A DNA stretch of 64,000 nt, taken from NCBI RefSeq assembly GCF_001194135.2, contig NC_068994.1, positions 2,601,143 through 2,665,142 of the forward strand. Reading direction: 5' to 3'. Positions 23,001-36,546 of this stretch are shown piece after piece. Both the position numbers and the translations under genes were made by a program. The DNA is from Octopus bimaculoides. Taxonomy: Eukaryota. How positions within the stretch are numbered: position 1 is the stretch's first letter; each line of letters starts with the position of its first letter. The notes beneath the pieces were generated by a model that was not told the DNA's origin, searched no databases, and was given only the letters and a program-made list of their open reading frames with translations.

Positions 23001-24424
23001 AACATGGGCTTCCTTAGCCATTGTGTTATGGTCACTGGCAGTACACATTACACAAATACAGGTATATTAAATACCATAAAACATAAATTCTTGATTTATT
23101 AACATTATTTTTGCCTCTATAAGATGAGTTATAATTACCAATAGCAATTAAGCTTGGCTTCATATGAAAAGGGAAGATAATCTCAAGAATCAAGAATTTC
23201 TCCAAAACTGACATGCCATTAATGCAAAAGAAGAACTCATTGTCTGAAGATAAGAAGAGAGTTGTGTCTTTTTGCCTCAATATATATCATCAGCATAACA
23301 ATTGTCCAACCTTATCTCTTACCCCATCTGCAAAACAAAAAGGTAGTGACACTCCTACTCCATGGTTGAATGGTTCATGCTTAAAAGAGACCTACTTTGT
23401 CCAATTCATTTGAAAGGGTTTTCGTAAACCATTCTATCAAGACTAGAATGGAGAAACTGAAGGAAATGTGTAAGAAAAGAAAAGAACAACAATAAACAAA
23501 GCTACAGAGTTGGAGATGGATAAATGTTTGGTTAGTGGTGAGACAGTAGGGTGTGAACTACTGTGGGTTGGGCTTCTCCCTAGTGTATTACAAGAATAAA
23601 AATCAGCAACTGACTTTGATTTTAAGGAAGCTAATTCAACCAAAAATAGCTTTGATCTAATAAACCTGATTTAATGGAAATACATAAAATAAATTAACAC
23701 AAAATATTATAATGATGCCATGACAAATATTTAATGAGATAAAGAATAAATAAAAAGAGATGAATCATTTATGGGAAGTTAACCATCTGATAATTGTGAA
23801 AAAAAAAAATTGATGTGAAAGTAACATTTTTCATCATCTTTTGATTTTTTTTTTGCATAAAACTATATTGTGGAGTGGTTTGACTTTATCAATAAATATA
23901 AACCAATTACCATTTAAATATCCTAAATTAGATAGGATAGACAAAAACTTAGAGTGATTATCCAAATGCAAATGTTCCTAAACTGTTGTTCAAATACAAA
24001 AATATAAAAAAATTTGCCTCTAAAGAAAATTAAATTGTTGATAGTAATTAAAAGATGGCAGAAAAACACAATTAAAAAAAAGAATTAATGTTCTACGAAG
24101 TTCAGAGTTATAAAAATACTGAAAATAGTATGTTTTATCTTTTAAAACAGGACTTGAACAATGATGCTTTTAAATTAGCTGCTGTTATATTAGTAGTCAA
24201 AAGTAATTCCCCCTGTTCTTGTCATTTACATTCTATAAGAAAAATGTGTTAAATGATTCTGTACTGGAAATATTTGTAAAATTAATAAATACAAAAGAAT
24301 CTACTGATTAAATGACAATATTTTTAATATGAGACATTCAGAGGATACAAATATACAAGAGGGGTGTGATGTAATTTATTGAATGTGCATGTTTTATTTA
24401 GGTAACTGTGTGTGTGTGTGTGTG

Positions 24425-24496
<72 letters not shown>

Positions 24497-24660
24497 TGCA
24501 CACACACACATATTTCATATATGTATGTATATGTGTGTGTGTGTGTGTGCATATATATATGTGTGTGTGTTTGTGTGAATATCTTTCTGTCTATGTATTA
24601 TGTGTGTGTGTGTGTGTGCATATATATATGTGAGTGTTTGTGTGAATATCTATCTGTCTA

Positions 24661-24711
<51 letters not shown>

Positions 24712-24719
<8 letters not shown>

Positions 24720-25290
24720 AATGGCTGGGCAAAGTTCAGAGAGCTGCTACCTTTGTTAGTAAGAAAGGGCCTCTCCCTCAGAATGAAAGACAAACTGTAA
24801 GATGCCAGTGTATATACAGCTATGCTACATGGCAATGAAACATGCACTATGGCTACGGAAGACATGCATAAGGAAGTGCCAGTCTCTAACTATGAATGGA
24901 ACTTGTAGAAATGGTAGACTCAGGAAGATATGCGATGAAGTGGTGAAAAAAGGTCTTCAGACATTGGGCCTCACTGAGGAGATGACAAGGAACCAAAATT
25001 TCTTGTGATTTGCTGTGCGTAAGAAATCATATCAAGCTAAGTAAAATCATAGCCATCCATTCATACAAGTATGTCCTTTACAGCTATGCTTTCCACTCCC
25101 TTTCTCAACCAAGAGGTTCTTGTCTTGTAAGCTTATGGGTGCTGGTGCTATATGAAAAGCACCCAGGCATTAGGAAGGGCATTCAGTTGTAGAATTCCTG
25201 CCAAACAGATAATTAGAGCCTGGTGCAGCTCTCCAGCTAGACAGCTTTTGCCAAACTGCCCAACCCATGCTAGCATGGAAAGCAAACATT
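24712..25290 (+). mobile_element. RTE-type LINE 3' end (internally deleted, degenerate)
   Basis: GWAKFRELLPLLVRKGLSLRMKDKL*DA..YTAMLHGNET...GRLRKICDEVVKKGLQTLGLTEEMT...KSYQAK*, then a 3' UTR ending 'ccaacccatgctagcatggaaagc'. Same family as 63630-64000. Confidence 0.85.
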
Positions 25291-25399
25291 AAATGACAAT
25301 GATTATATATATACACACACACACATATATGCATGTATGTATAAAGGTTTTCTTTTTTCCTCATTTATTTACATAGTTTGTCAGCCAAGACTAAAATGG

Positions 25400-28345
25400 A
25401 ATTATTAGCACGAGAGGAATTATCCCATGTCAGATACCATCATTTGCATGCTTTTTTTACATATCGCCAGCATTAGTGAGGCTACAAAACTAAAATTCCT
25501 TCTAATTGAGTTGGGCTACAGTAAAGAGGGAGGTATCTTTATGCTAGATGAGATCAGTCTTCAATAATTCGTCTCATATCTTTCTGGGTTTCCCTCTTCC
25601 AAAAGGTCCATCAATTTAAGTAATTAGCATTTCTGTATGCAACTATCTACATCTATACACATCACATGACCAAACCAGTGAAGTCTTCTCCCTTGCACAT
25701 TGCATCTAATTCCTCTCATACCCAACATTTCTTTCTATACATTAGCACTCTGTTGCACATGCACACTGACATTCCACATCCTGTGGAACATACTAGCTTC
25801 ATTCCTCTCTAGTCTTTACATGTCTTCTGCGTTCACAGCCCACATCTCACTACCATGTAGCATTGCTGTTCATATACATGCATCATACAATCTTCCTTTC
25901 ACTTGGAGAGAGAAACCTTTGGTTGCCAAAGAAGTAAAATCTCTCAGAATTTTCTCCACCCTATTCTTATTCTAGCATTTACACCTTCTGTGAATCCTCC
26001 TCCAATGCTAATTAGGTCCTCTAAGTAGCAGTATTTTGTCCACTACCTCTAAATAGCCTCCGGGACAGTTGAGAAAATGGATTTTCCAAGTATCTGTAGT
26101 GTTTATGTTCCTGTGTATCTTCCACATACAAATATTACCGTCTCTGATAACCTTCCCATTATTCCATTGCACATTTTGTGTGCCCATAGCTTCAACAGGA
26201 TATGCTGTATGGAATTCCTGCCGACACCTTTTCTACACATTGAGCAGAGCCATTTACCTGATGAAGGAATGGTGCTGTCCATTTTCTTGCTTACTAGAAT
26301 ATTAGTCTTTGCTCGATTAACCTTAAGGCCTTTTGATTCCAGATTTTGCATCAGCACCTGAGATCTTTTTTCTAGTTCTGTAACAGAATCTGCTATAAGA
26401 GAAAGATTATCAGCATATAACAGTTCCCAAGGTCAACCAGTTTTGAATTCCTCTGTTATGGCCTGTAGGACGATGATGAATAGGAGGGGACTGAGAACTG
26501 AACCTTGATGAATGCCTACCTGTACACTAAATTCATCATTATACTCATGGTTAACTCTCACCTTACTGACAGAACCTCAGTACATGGCTTGTATGGCTTT
26601 CACAAGCCACTTGTCTACTCCTTGCGTCCTCAGAACCCACCATATCACACAACAGGGCACTATCAAAGGCTTTCTCTATGTCATCATCTGCCAAGTACAA
26701 TGGTTTATTCTTGGCCAGATACTTCTGCTGCTGTTGTCTGATCATAAAAGTAACATCAGTAGTGCTTCTCCCCAGCACAAAGCCAAATTACATTTCATCT
26801 AATCTGATTTTGCTTCTAATTAACTGGGCTATAAAACTCTTTCCATAACTTTCATGATGTGGTCCAAAAATCTTGAGGTTTCTGTAATCATTTCTATCTA
26901 AGGCATCTTCCTTGCCCTGGTAGCAACTGACTATAATACTGCTACACCAGTCATTGGAGATGACACTTTCCTGAGTAACCTGATTAACTATATGGGTGTC
27001 TAGACTGTATCCTACTCCACCTGATATTTAAAGCATTTCAGCGGTGACTCCCGATGGGCCAAGGATATTCTGTCTTCATGCTCTCCATTGACTTATCTAT
27101 CATACAGCTCTCAACACAAATAGCTGGTCCCTCTGTTAGGTTCACATAGAGGAGATTCCCTTTCTTTCATATATTCTCCACATTTAATAGTCTTTCAGAG
27201 TAGCACTACTACACTTCTTTCTTGCCTGCATCACTAAGTGCAAGCATAACCATTATCCAGATGTACACACTTCTCTCACACAACATCACAATTCTCTCTA
27301 ACCCATTGTCTAGCAACTTGGAACACCTTAAGTCTTCACACTATAAAACATTAGAAAACCTCCAGCTTTCTGCTTCTGCCCTGGCTAGATAGACCTGTTG
27401 CCTAGCTTCTCTCTTGGTTGTCTTTGCTGCCTCCATTTCTCCAATCTTTCCAAGTCTGTCTCTTTGCTTTTATGGTTCTATCTACTTCACTGTTCCACCA
27501 TCTGGTCATTTTCCATCTAGTAGAGACTTCGCCTCAACCACATATTTTGTCTGCAATCTTCAAAAGGTTGTCTTGTAGGAACTTTCAGTTGTCCTCTACA
27601 TTACATGTCTCAACCTCTTCCTCTTTCTCCTCAAATGTTCTAATCAGAATGTCTCTAAACCTCTGACTGTTTGATGGATCTTTCAGCATCCATAACTTAT
27701 TTTTCCAGACCAGTTTGTGTCTCTGTGTTCATCTAGCCCTAAGTCTGAAGTCACTAACCACTAACTTAAGTCGAGTTGTATATTCCTCACTGGGAAATGA
27801 TTTAGCATTTATAAGCATCTGTCTATCCCTGTTTCCAGTGAGGATGTAATCAAACTGGCTTAAGTGCCCACCAGACTGATTTTCTGGATGGTTTTCTGAC
27901 GTTAGTGTTGCAGTCCAACAAGTCATTTGCATCACAGAATTCCAGGAGCCTTGTTCCCTCCTAATTTCTAATGCCAAAGCAAAAACCTCTATGCATGCCA
28001 TAAAACTCATAAGTGTGTTGCCCAACATGTCTATTGTAGTTGCAAGCTACAATGATAAGGTAAATTTTCTTTGTTGTTAAGGTAGTCTGCTGAAGGGACT
28101 CATAGAAACAGTCCTTCAGTTCATCAGCTAGTCCAGCATGTGGAGCGTATGCAGAGATAAATATCATTGTTACATTATACAAAGGATTCTTAGCTTGATA
28201 ATCCTCTCACATACCCTGATTATCTCAATAACTTTATCCATTTCTCTGCCATAAGTATACCTATCCCACCCATCCCCATCACTTCTCCCTATCCAGAAGA
28301 ATTCATATCTATAGTCCATGCCCACAAGTGCTCTAACCTATTTTT
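25400..28345 (-). mobile_element. Near-complete degenerate RTE-type (RTE/RTEX-like) LINE ORF2: APE endonuclease, RT and Cys-rich region
   Basis: APE motifs (ISAYAPHAG, SQFDYILT, KLVVSDFR); RT motifs (GRSTTD, KYLAKNKPLYL, DIEKAFD, LESKGLKVNRAKT); CSMCRKGVGRNSI...LWAHK.C...FVCG; many stops and frameshifts. Confidence 0.92.
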
Positions 28346-29554
28346 CTGTACACACACACACACACACATATTTATGTATCTAAATCTATAGAGATGCATG
28401 TAGATATGTTTTTACATATGTGTGTGTATGTCAATGTGCATATTCATATAATACATACAGCCATTGCAACGAGTGTACGAGCTAAATAGCAAATGTCCTT
28501 TATTAATATCTTTAGTCAGTGTTTGTCATAGCTTATTATACATTTCTGCCTCTATTCCGTCTATATTTTTGCCCTTTCAATTCTGACCAATCCTAATAAT
28601 TCCAGTTTTTCACTGCAAACCAATTCTTCATATATATTTTTCAACAAACTTTTAATAATTCATTGTTCTGATCTTTTACACCAGTACATTTCCTATCTCT
28701 TCTCTTCCTCCAAACCTGTTTCTTTATGCTGTCAGGGAGGGCAGGCTTATTGTGTGTATATCCTTTCTGTCCCTCAACTTCTTGTCCAGCCTTTTCAGAC
28801 ACATCCAACATCAGTTTAAACTGATAACTAATAACACACACATACAAACACAAGTACACATGCACATATATGAAAACCATCACAAAACTATTTTCCATTT
28901 TCTTCCAGCATCTCATATCAGTGTGAATAGTTGGAGTGTCCTTAAATAGTGTCTGTTTGCAAATATAAGAAATCAGATCCTAACTACCTCCAAAATAGTA
29001 TCTTAGCTGTTATAGAAGCAGACAGTAAGGAACAATTGTAAAATATCTCAATCAAGCAATGAATATAACTAGAAAAGTGAAGATGTTGATGGTGACCTGA
29101 GTAATTTCAAATGACTTCAAATCTCTTGAGTAACAGCAATGTTTTCAACTTCAAATCATTTGATAACTTTATTACATCTACATCAATTTCCCGAAAATGA
29201 AACTCTTCCCACAAATGTTGATTATCTTGGCAATTCATGTTATTTTTCTCTCTTACTGACAAGAATAGTATTGAATCAGTCCTCTTGGGCCCATTATTCT
29301 CTCTATTTATGTGGAATCTGAATAGTTTGTTTTCTTATCGTTAAAATAGCAATTAGTTTCTAGTACCACTGGATATTGGCTGGTAGCATTTTTGTTGTAT
29401 GTTCACTGTATGCAGTGATTACTGCCATTGTGTTCCACAGTATTTTTCAGACATAGAAAATTATCAAAATCCTGATAACAAATAACATCTTCAGAATAAA
29501 AGAATAAAATCCAATATGCATGTATATGTATGTCTATCTGTATTCACATACGTA

Positions 29555-29598
<44 letters not shown>

Positions 29599-30850
29599 CT
29601 AGTAATTTCAGACTAAACCATTTAATAACTCCGTATCGCCTGAAATGCTATCCTACTGTAGTAACATCTTGTTAAATGAACAAAACGTTAGATTGATAAT
29701 AATAAAACCAATAGATTTTATGATGTAGACAGTGTCTATTATACACAGAATTCACTGTTAATTAAGCTGTCAAAGAAGATTAGGATAGATGCCAAGTGTT
29801 CTGTCTACCTGTCTATCTTACTGATCAAATCAGCTTCCATTGAGACGAAGCCCATAATTTCTTTCTATAGACTATCTTCTAACTTGACTTCTCTGACACA
29901 TATACCTTGCAGGCGAACAGTAAGGGAAAAATAATTGTATAATCTTTTCAGTTAAGTTAGATTAAATAACTATCACTAAGTAAATGGGCTCTGCCTCACA
30001 TTACAAGCTAACAGTTTTATATAGTATCATTGAGTTTTCCTGCCCATTTCACAGAGCATCCTACTTAGAAAGATCTATAGACCAACTAGTTACATCACCA
30101 AAAGAGAAGAAAAGTATCTTTGAAAATTGTATCTCCTAAAGAATGATACATGTCAAGTAGAGCTATATTCCATGTTACTTACCTAGAAAAAACTTTAAAA
30201 ATCATCTAATGTGCACTCATTTACAAACACACAACCTAAATATAAATAGCTAAACACAATTTACTATAAGACACGCAGCAAAGAGGAAAGAACAAGGAGT
30301 ATGTGGTAGTGTAAGAAGGAGTAAGAGGGACACACTGTCATCAATTAAGTCACAGATTATAAGGAAAGAACTTGACAAACCAATCAATCAATTAATTAAA
30401 TAATTTACTAACCAGTTAACTGATTATATGATTAATTGATAAAAAAAAACAGAGGTAAATACTGCAATGTTCTTGTGGCACAAACAAACTACCTGCAGTA
30501 ATTGGGATGTTCCTTAATGTGTGTGTATAAAGCACACACACACACACACACACACATATACATATATATATACATAGTTGCTTAAGAGTTGCCTAAAACT
30601 CCATAAGTCAGAGAAAACAAACACACATATAGTTGTCAATATTGTAGAGTTGATATATTAATATTTATACTATACAATATTATAAATCCATTTCAGCTGA
30701 TTTTACTGAACTTGAGTATGAAACTGATTGGCAAAATCAGCTGAAATAGATCTAAAATACTGTATAGTATAAATATTAATACACATACATATATATATGT
30801 ATATGTGTGTGTGTGTGTATGTATCAACATGTGCACACACACACATGCAT

Positions 30851-30890
<40 letters not shown>

Positions 30891-31025
30891 TTTCTTTTCT
30901 TTTTTTTTTCTCCACTTACTACAAGTGGAGCAAGAGCACACATGAAAATGAAAAGTGTTGCTGAAGAGGTTACAGATATGTGATGAAAAATTTCCGGACA
31001 ATGGACATGAGTTAAAATAATAAAC

Positions 31026-31035
31026 NNNNNNNNNN
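31026..31035. other. Assembly gap (10 N)
   Basis: Seen directly. Confidence 1.
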
Positions 31036-31429
31036 TCACTCACATATAAAAGATTGGGTTCTGTACAGTTTGCATCTCCCAAATTTCCCTCACCAGTTAT
31101 TGATCAGCCTGAGACTACAGTAGACATGGTTTTTATTTACTACATTGAAAGTTCAAAAAGAAAAAAAAAAAAAAAGAAATTAATTTTTCTCTTTTGTAAG
31201 GCCTATATAATGATGATTTACTGCTGATCCTGATAAATCATTCTGACATTATTAAATGGCTTCTTTTGTTACTTAATACAGACCACTGCAAATATGGGAA
31301 TTGGAGAAACTTTGCTTGACATATAATGTATAGTCATGTATGATTGGACGGCATGAAAGTAAATTTTCAAATACAAACACTTTTCTTGCTGTTTGTTGTA
31401 ATGAATTCTGAAATAGTTATATTTAACTG

Positions 31430-31575
31430 GATATGTGGCTAAGACGTTTGCAACCATGTGGTTCCACATAAAATCCTAATGTGTGGCATCTTGGGCAAAT
31501 GTTTTGAGCTTTCTATCATAGCCTTGTAAGTGGGAAGTTGGTTGATGGAAACTGTACTGAAGCCAAGTGTTGATA
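31430..31575 (+). mobile_element. SINE family A copy (a partial - strand copy lies at ~31040-31115)
   Basis: 'gtggctaagacgtttgcaaccatgtggttcc...gtgtggcatcttgggcaaatg...gatggaaactg'. Confidence 0.7.
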
Positions 31576-31583
31576 TGTATGTA

Positions 31584-31618
<35 letters not shown>

Positions 31619-31735
31619 AATATATATGTAAATAGATAGATAGATACATACATACATACAAACATAGACTGACAAACAGACAGAGACACACTCACACACA
31701 CAAAGATATATATATGTGTTAAAGTCTGTCATAGC

Positions 31736-31775
31736 GGCCATGACGAAGGGAAATAGCCCTGAAACTCGAGTCGCC
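31736..31775 (+). ncRNA. Candidate minimal type I hammerhead ribozyme (Penelope-associated type), one extra base in the core
   Basis: GGC-C(A)TGACGA-AGGG aaatag CCCT-GAA-ACTCGAGT-C^GCC: CUGANGA-like core, 4-bp stem II, GAAA, palindromic stem III, GUC cleavage triplet and 3-bp stem I. Confidence 0.45.
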
Positions 31776-32077
31776 TTTATATATTTATATTTATATATTT
31801 ATATATTTGATCCTTTATACTGAACACTCAATATTTCATCTACATTCAATACTTTCTTTCATGGTGCCATCCATTTTTATTTTATTTTATTTTATATTGT
31901 ATATTGTATATTAAATTATATATTGTATATTCCATATTCTATACCCCACATTAGTTCTGCAGGAATATAAATAAAACATAAAAAACAGACAGTGTTGGAA
32001 CTCTTTTAAACAAAATAATATATTCCTCTATACACAATCATACAAAAAAAAAACCCTTTTTTGTATTTATTTTTACT

Positions 32078-32124
<47 letters not shown>

Positions 32125-32491
32125 ATATTAATGTTTGCATTTATGTGAAGTTGTTTATAAACTTCACAGCTCTCTTGTAAAAGTTTAGTTAATACTAAAT
32201 ATATACTCTACTAAAAAAGCATTGAGTAATTCTTCAGTTTAATGTAACATTATTTTTATGTATGACTTAAAATAAAAAGAAACATTAATATATATATATA
32301 TATATGTATATAAAATTAACTCTCTTGGCAGAATAATAAACAGAGGAAATTTTATTTTTATTGATGAGGCATTCATGATGAATCTTACTAATTTACAAGC
32401 TATCAAAATATTAATTGCATCCTTTTGATCATCAAGGCTTACTTAATTAATATAAATATATCTTCTTATGCCCTGGGTCAAAATGTAAGTG

Positions 32492-32525
<34 letters not shown>

Positions 32526-34536
32526 CATATTCACACGCATGCACACAACACACAATCACATGCATAAACACACACTCACACATATTTGTATATAATGACA
32601 GCAGGATATTACATATTTACATTACAACTTCAAGTTTTGCGATTATGTGGTTCATGACATAATGTGGAGTGAGTTTTATGCTTCCACCTATAAATATTAA
32701 TATATAATTTAATATTAAATTGTCATTTATAAGTCAGTAGTTATGTTTCAAATTCTTAAAGGCTTGTTATCATTGCTGTATTAGGGTGTTCGTGGTTTTA
32801 TGATAGTTAGTATGTAAATTTTTGAAAAATATTTCCATTTGTTTTTTGCAAACAACCAATAAAAGGAAGAAAATTAAGCAGTTATTGAGTGTTTCTCCAG
32901 ATGCAATTATTCTGAGAAAGTCAGAGAATTATTTTTAAGCAGAGATCATACTAATGCTAATGCTTTATTTAAAATTTAAAATGGTTTTTATAAAAAGAAA
33001 CAAATTTGTTTTATCGTTATTTCAAAATACAATTGATTGGTGAGAGACCATTCTGATGTCTAAAAATGTATTTTTACATATGCAGTCATAAAGATATTAT
33101 CTCAGTATGCTTATTCAATGTTTAGTACTCTCCTTTAAATTAAGAGTTTCTCAAGTTTACATAAATTACAGATTGAGTTAACTTGTGCATAAAGTACTGG
33201 TTTATCTAGAAAAGGCAATCTAATGTTTTTGGAAAATCAAACACTAGGCTTGTGTAGAACCAAATTTATTTTCAAAGTATAACTATGCAGATAATGTCTA
33301 ATATCAAATTGATTAAAATAATTTTGCTATTAATCCAATGTAATCTATGCCATTCAGGTTGTTAGCTGTGACAGTGACTGCATGAATTATTAATTTTTTT
33401 TTAGACAATGACCATTAACTAGACATATGTTTAGGGAATAGAAATTGCATTTTGGGGTGTAAATAGTCTATGGATTCCCATAATTTTAATTATTCATAAT
33501 TTTGTAATCATTAATGGATGGTAGGGTAATTGTGTAGTTTGTTAGTTTTGAGTAGCTTATTTTGAATGAATTTATGTTGAAATTTTGTCATCTTTACATT
33601 CAGGAGGAAAGAGCTATTTCACAAGAAGGTGAAATATTTCTTCCAAATGGGATATTGATATCGATTAAATGTCAGGAATTAAACCATCATGTGGTCTTTC
33701 TTTGTGTAAGGGTGGAATAAAGTTTAACTTTCAAAAGTACAGGCTTAGTTAGGGAAGCATAATAATTAGGATCAAACTGGGTGAAAGTGTATTTTTATTA
33801 TAAAAATTGCAAAAAACTATCTTGGAGTCACACAACTATATATATATGACTGTAGGCAAAATTGAAAAAGGGAAACACATTTAAAATTAATTATAATATA
33901 ACAAATAATTATAAAAAGGCATCAGTAATACATTAAATTCTATACATAACATGGTTAAAAATATGGCTTTGGGTTTTAATGCAGAAGATGGAATAGAAAT
34001 ATCAAGGACCGTATTCCCAATTTTAATCTCACAATCAGACTCGACAGAACAAGAAAGAATTTGCAACCCCCCACTCACCCCACAAAAAAAACAAAAAAAA
34101 ACAACAACAACAGAAAACAATAGAATACAGGGAAGTCTCAGAGTAATACTTTGAGACAAGAGTATGTTAGTTATAAGTTTGTTAAGAAACAATCATGATT
34201 TTCAGATTTCTATAGATTTCTACTATTAAATACTCTCGATTTTGATAAACACTAATCTGCCATGAACCCTTTCCGTTAGCCATAATAATAATTGTTTCTA
34301 ATATAGTCACAAGGCCAGCAATTTTTAAGACTTGGACTCAGAATGTAAAAAGCTGGAACAAATACCACAAGGCATTTTTTTCAGTGCACTAAAAATTAAC
34401 CATGATGATGAAGAGGATCAGGAAGATGAGGATGGTGGTGGTGGTGGTGATGGGAACAATGATGAGGATGATGATGATTGCCACCATCAGCATCATAATG
34501 CTTATTTCTCCCTGCTGACATGAGCTGAACATGCGC

Positions 34537-34591
<55 letters not shown>

Positions 34592-35229
34592 GAGTTAACA
34601 TAGTTATTCCAAATATTGTCGTTTTATTTATGTTCCATTGTATCTTCAGCCTACACTTACCTCTTGCATTGCCACATTTTAATCGGATGAAGTGTAGTGT
34701 TTTCCTTCTTTATGCTACTGTCTTGTGTAAGTTAGAACACCATTAGAAAGATTATCTTCTTCTCCTCTTTCCTTATATTCATATTTTAATAAGAAAATGC
34801 TTTGAAATGTTCATCTGGGAGCAACTGATTTTTTTCTTTTTTTTTTCTATGTCAGTTGCTTTACTCTATCCATCATCTCGTTATCATTTGGGCATTGCCC
34901 CAAATTAATTAACTGGTTGTCAATCAATGTTATGCTCTAAGACAGCTTGGATTGAGAGAAGGCTTCTTGCATGCAGGCGAGATAAGTTACTTTCTTTCAG
35001 AGGTTCAATTATGGCATGAGTTTAGTGCTTACATTCTACAAGATATGAAACTATTCTAAAAAAAAGGAAAAAAAAAAAAAAAATCTCTGTCTTTCTCTCT
35101 GTGGCTATCCTTCTCTCATATTTATTTTATCTTAGACTCTTATTCATACACAGTATTCATATAAGTGTTTATACTCACTCATTATTGCTCTAGCATATTA
35201 CTGATACACTTTCATCCACTTCTACATAC

Positions 35230-35540
35230 AAACACATCATCATCATCATCATCATCAACAACATCATCATTGTCACCATTATCATCATCACTTAACGTCT
35301 GCTTTCCATGCTTGCATGGGTTGGACAAATTTGACTGAGGACTGGCGAACCAGATGGCTGCACCAGGCTCCAATCTGATCTGGCAGAGTTTCTACAGCTG
35401 GATGCCCTTCCTAATGCCAACCACTCCAAGAGTGTAGTGGGTTCTTTTACATGCCACCGGCACGAGAGCCAGTCAGGCGGTACTGGCAACAGCCACGCTC
35501 AAAATGGTGTTTTTTACATGCCACTTGCACAGGAGCCAGT
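35230..35540 (-). mobile_element. Young RTE-type LINE 3' end with (GAT)n tail
   Basis: Reverse complement of the family 3' UTR, with hairpin units running into the gap; CpGs largely retained. Confidence 0.88.
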
Positions 35541-36284
35541 NNNNNNNNNNNNNNNNNNNNNNNNNNNNNNNNNNNNNNNNNNNNNNNNNNNNNNNNNNNN
35601 NNNNNNNNNNNNNNNNNNNNNNNNNNNNNNNNNNNNNNNNNNNNNNNNNNNNNNNNNNNNNNNNNNNNNNNNNNNNNNNNNNNNNNNNNNNNNNNNNNNN
35701 NNNNNNNNNNNNNNNNNNNNNNNNNNNNNNNNNNNNNNNNNNNNNNNNNNNNNNNNNNNNNNNNNNNNNNNNNNNNNNNNNNNNNNNNNNNNNNNNNNNN
35801 NNNNNNNNNNNNNNNNNNNNNNNNNNNNNNNNNNNNNNNNNNNNNNNNNNNNNNNNNNNNNNNNNNNNNNNNNNNNNNNNNNNNNNNNNNNNNNNNNNNN
35901 NNNNNNNNNNNNNNNNNNNNNNNNNNNNNNNNNNNNNNNNNNNNNNNNNNNNNNNNNNNNNNNNNNNNNNNNNNNNNNNNNNNNNNNNNNNNNNNNNNNN
36001 NNNNNNNNNNNNNNNNNNNNNNNNNNNNNNNNNNNNNNNNNNNNNNNNNNNNNNNNNNNNNNNNNNNNNNNNNNNNNNNNNNNNNNNNNNNNNNNNNNNN
36101 NNNNNNNNNNNNNNNNNNNNNNNNNNNNNNNNNNNNNNNNNNNNNNNNNNNNNNNNNNNNNNNNNNNNNNNNNNNNNNNNNNNNNNNNNNNNNNNNNNNN
36201 NNNNNNNNNNNNNNNNNNNNNNNNNNNNNNNNNNNNNNNNNNNNNNNNNNNNNNNNNNNNNNNNNNNNNNNNNNNNNNNNNNNN
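35541..36284. other. Assembly gap (744 N)
   Basis: Seen directly. The long X-containing ORFs in the track are artefacts of this gap. Confidence 1.
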
Positions 36285-36545
36285 CGAGATCATTGCCAGT
36301 GCCCCTGGACTGGCTTGTGCGGGTGGCACATAAAAGACACCATTTCGAGCGTGGCCGTTTTCGTGCGGGTGACACGTAAAAGCACCCACTACACTCTCTG
36401 AGTGGTTGGCGTTAGGAAGGGCATCCAGCTGTAGAAACTCTGCCAAATTAGATTGGAGCCTGGTGTTGCCATCCGGTTTCACCAGTCCTCAGTCAAATCG
36501 TCCAACCCATGCTAGCATGGAAAGCGGACGTTAAACGATGAAGAA
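36285..36545 (+). mobile_element. Young RTE-type LINE 3' end
   Basis: Hairpin unit 'gccagtgcccctggactggc', core 'gtaaaagcacccactacactc...gttaggaagggcatccagctgtagaaac', end 'ggaaagcggacgttaaacgatg'. Confidence 0.88.
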
Positions 36546-36546
36546 G

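Noticed and set aside
24324-24800. Overlapping ORFs rich in YI, CV and TH repeats (also 30693-31082, 31439-31741, 44478-44947, 56138-56357)
   Set aside because: Translations of (TA)n and (GT)n microsatellites.
30375-30445. Dense TAAT/ATCAAT cluster as a homeodomain enhancer
   Set aside because: Explained by decayed (AATC)/(AATT) simple repeats in AT-rich DNA.
35437-36482. Five ORFs of ~300 aa in the track
   Set aside because: Artefacts of translating through 744 N bases.
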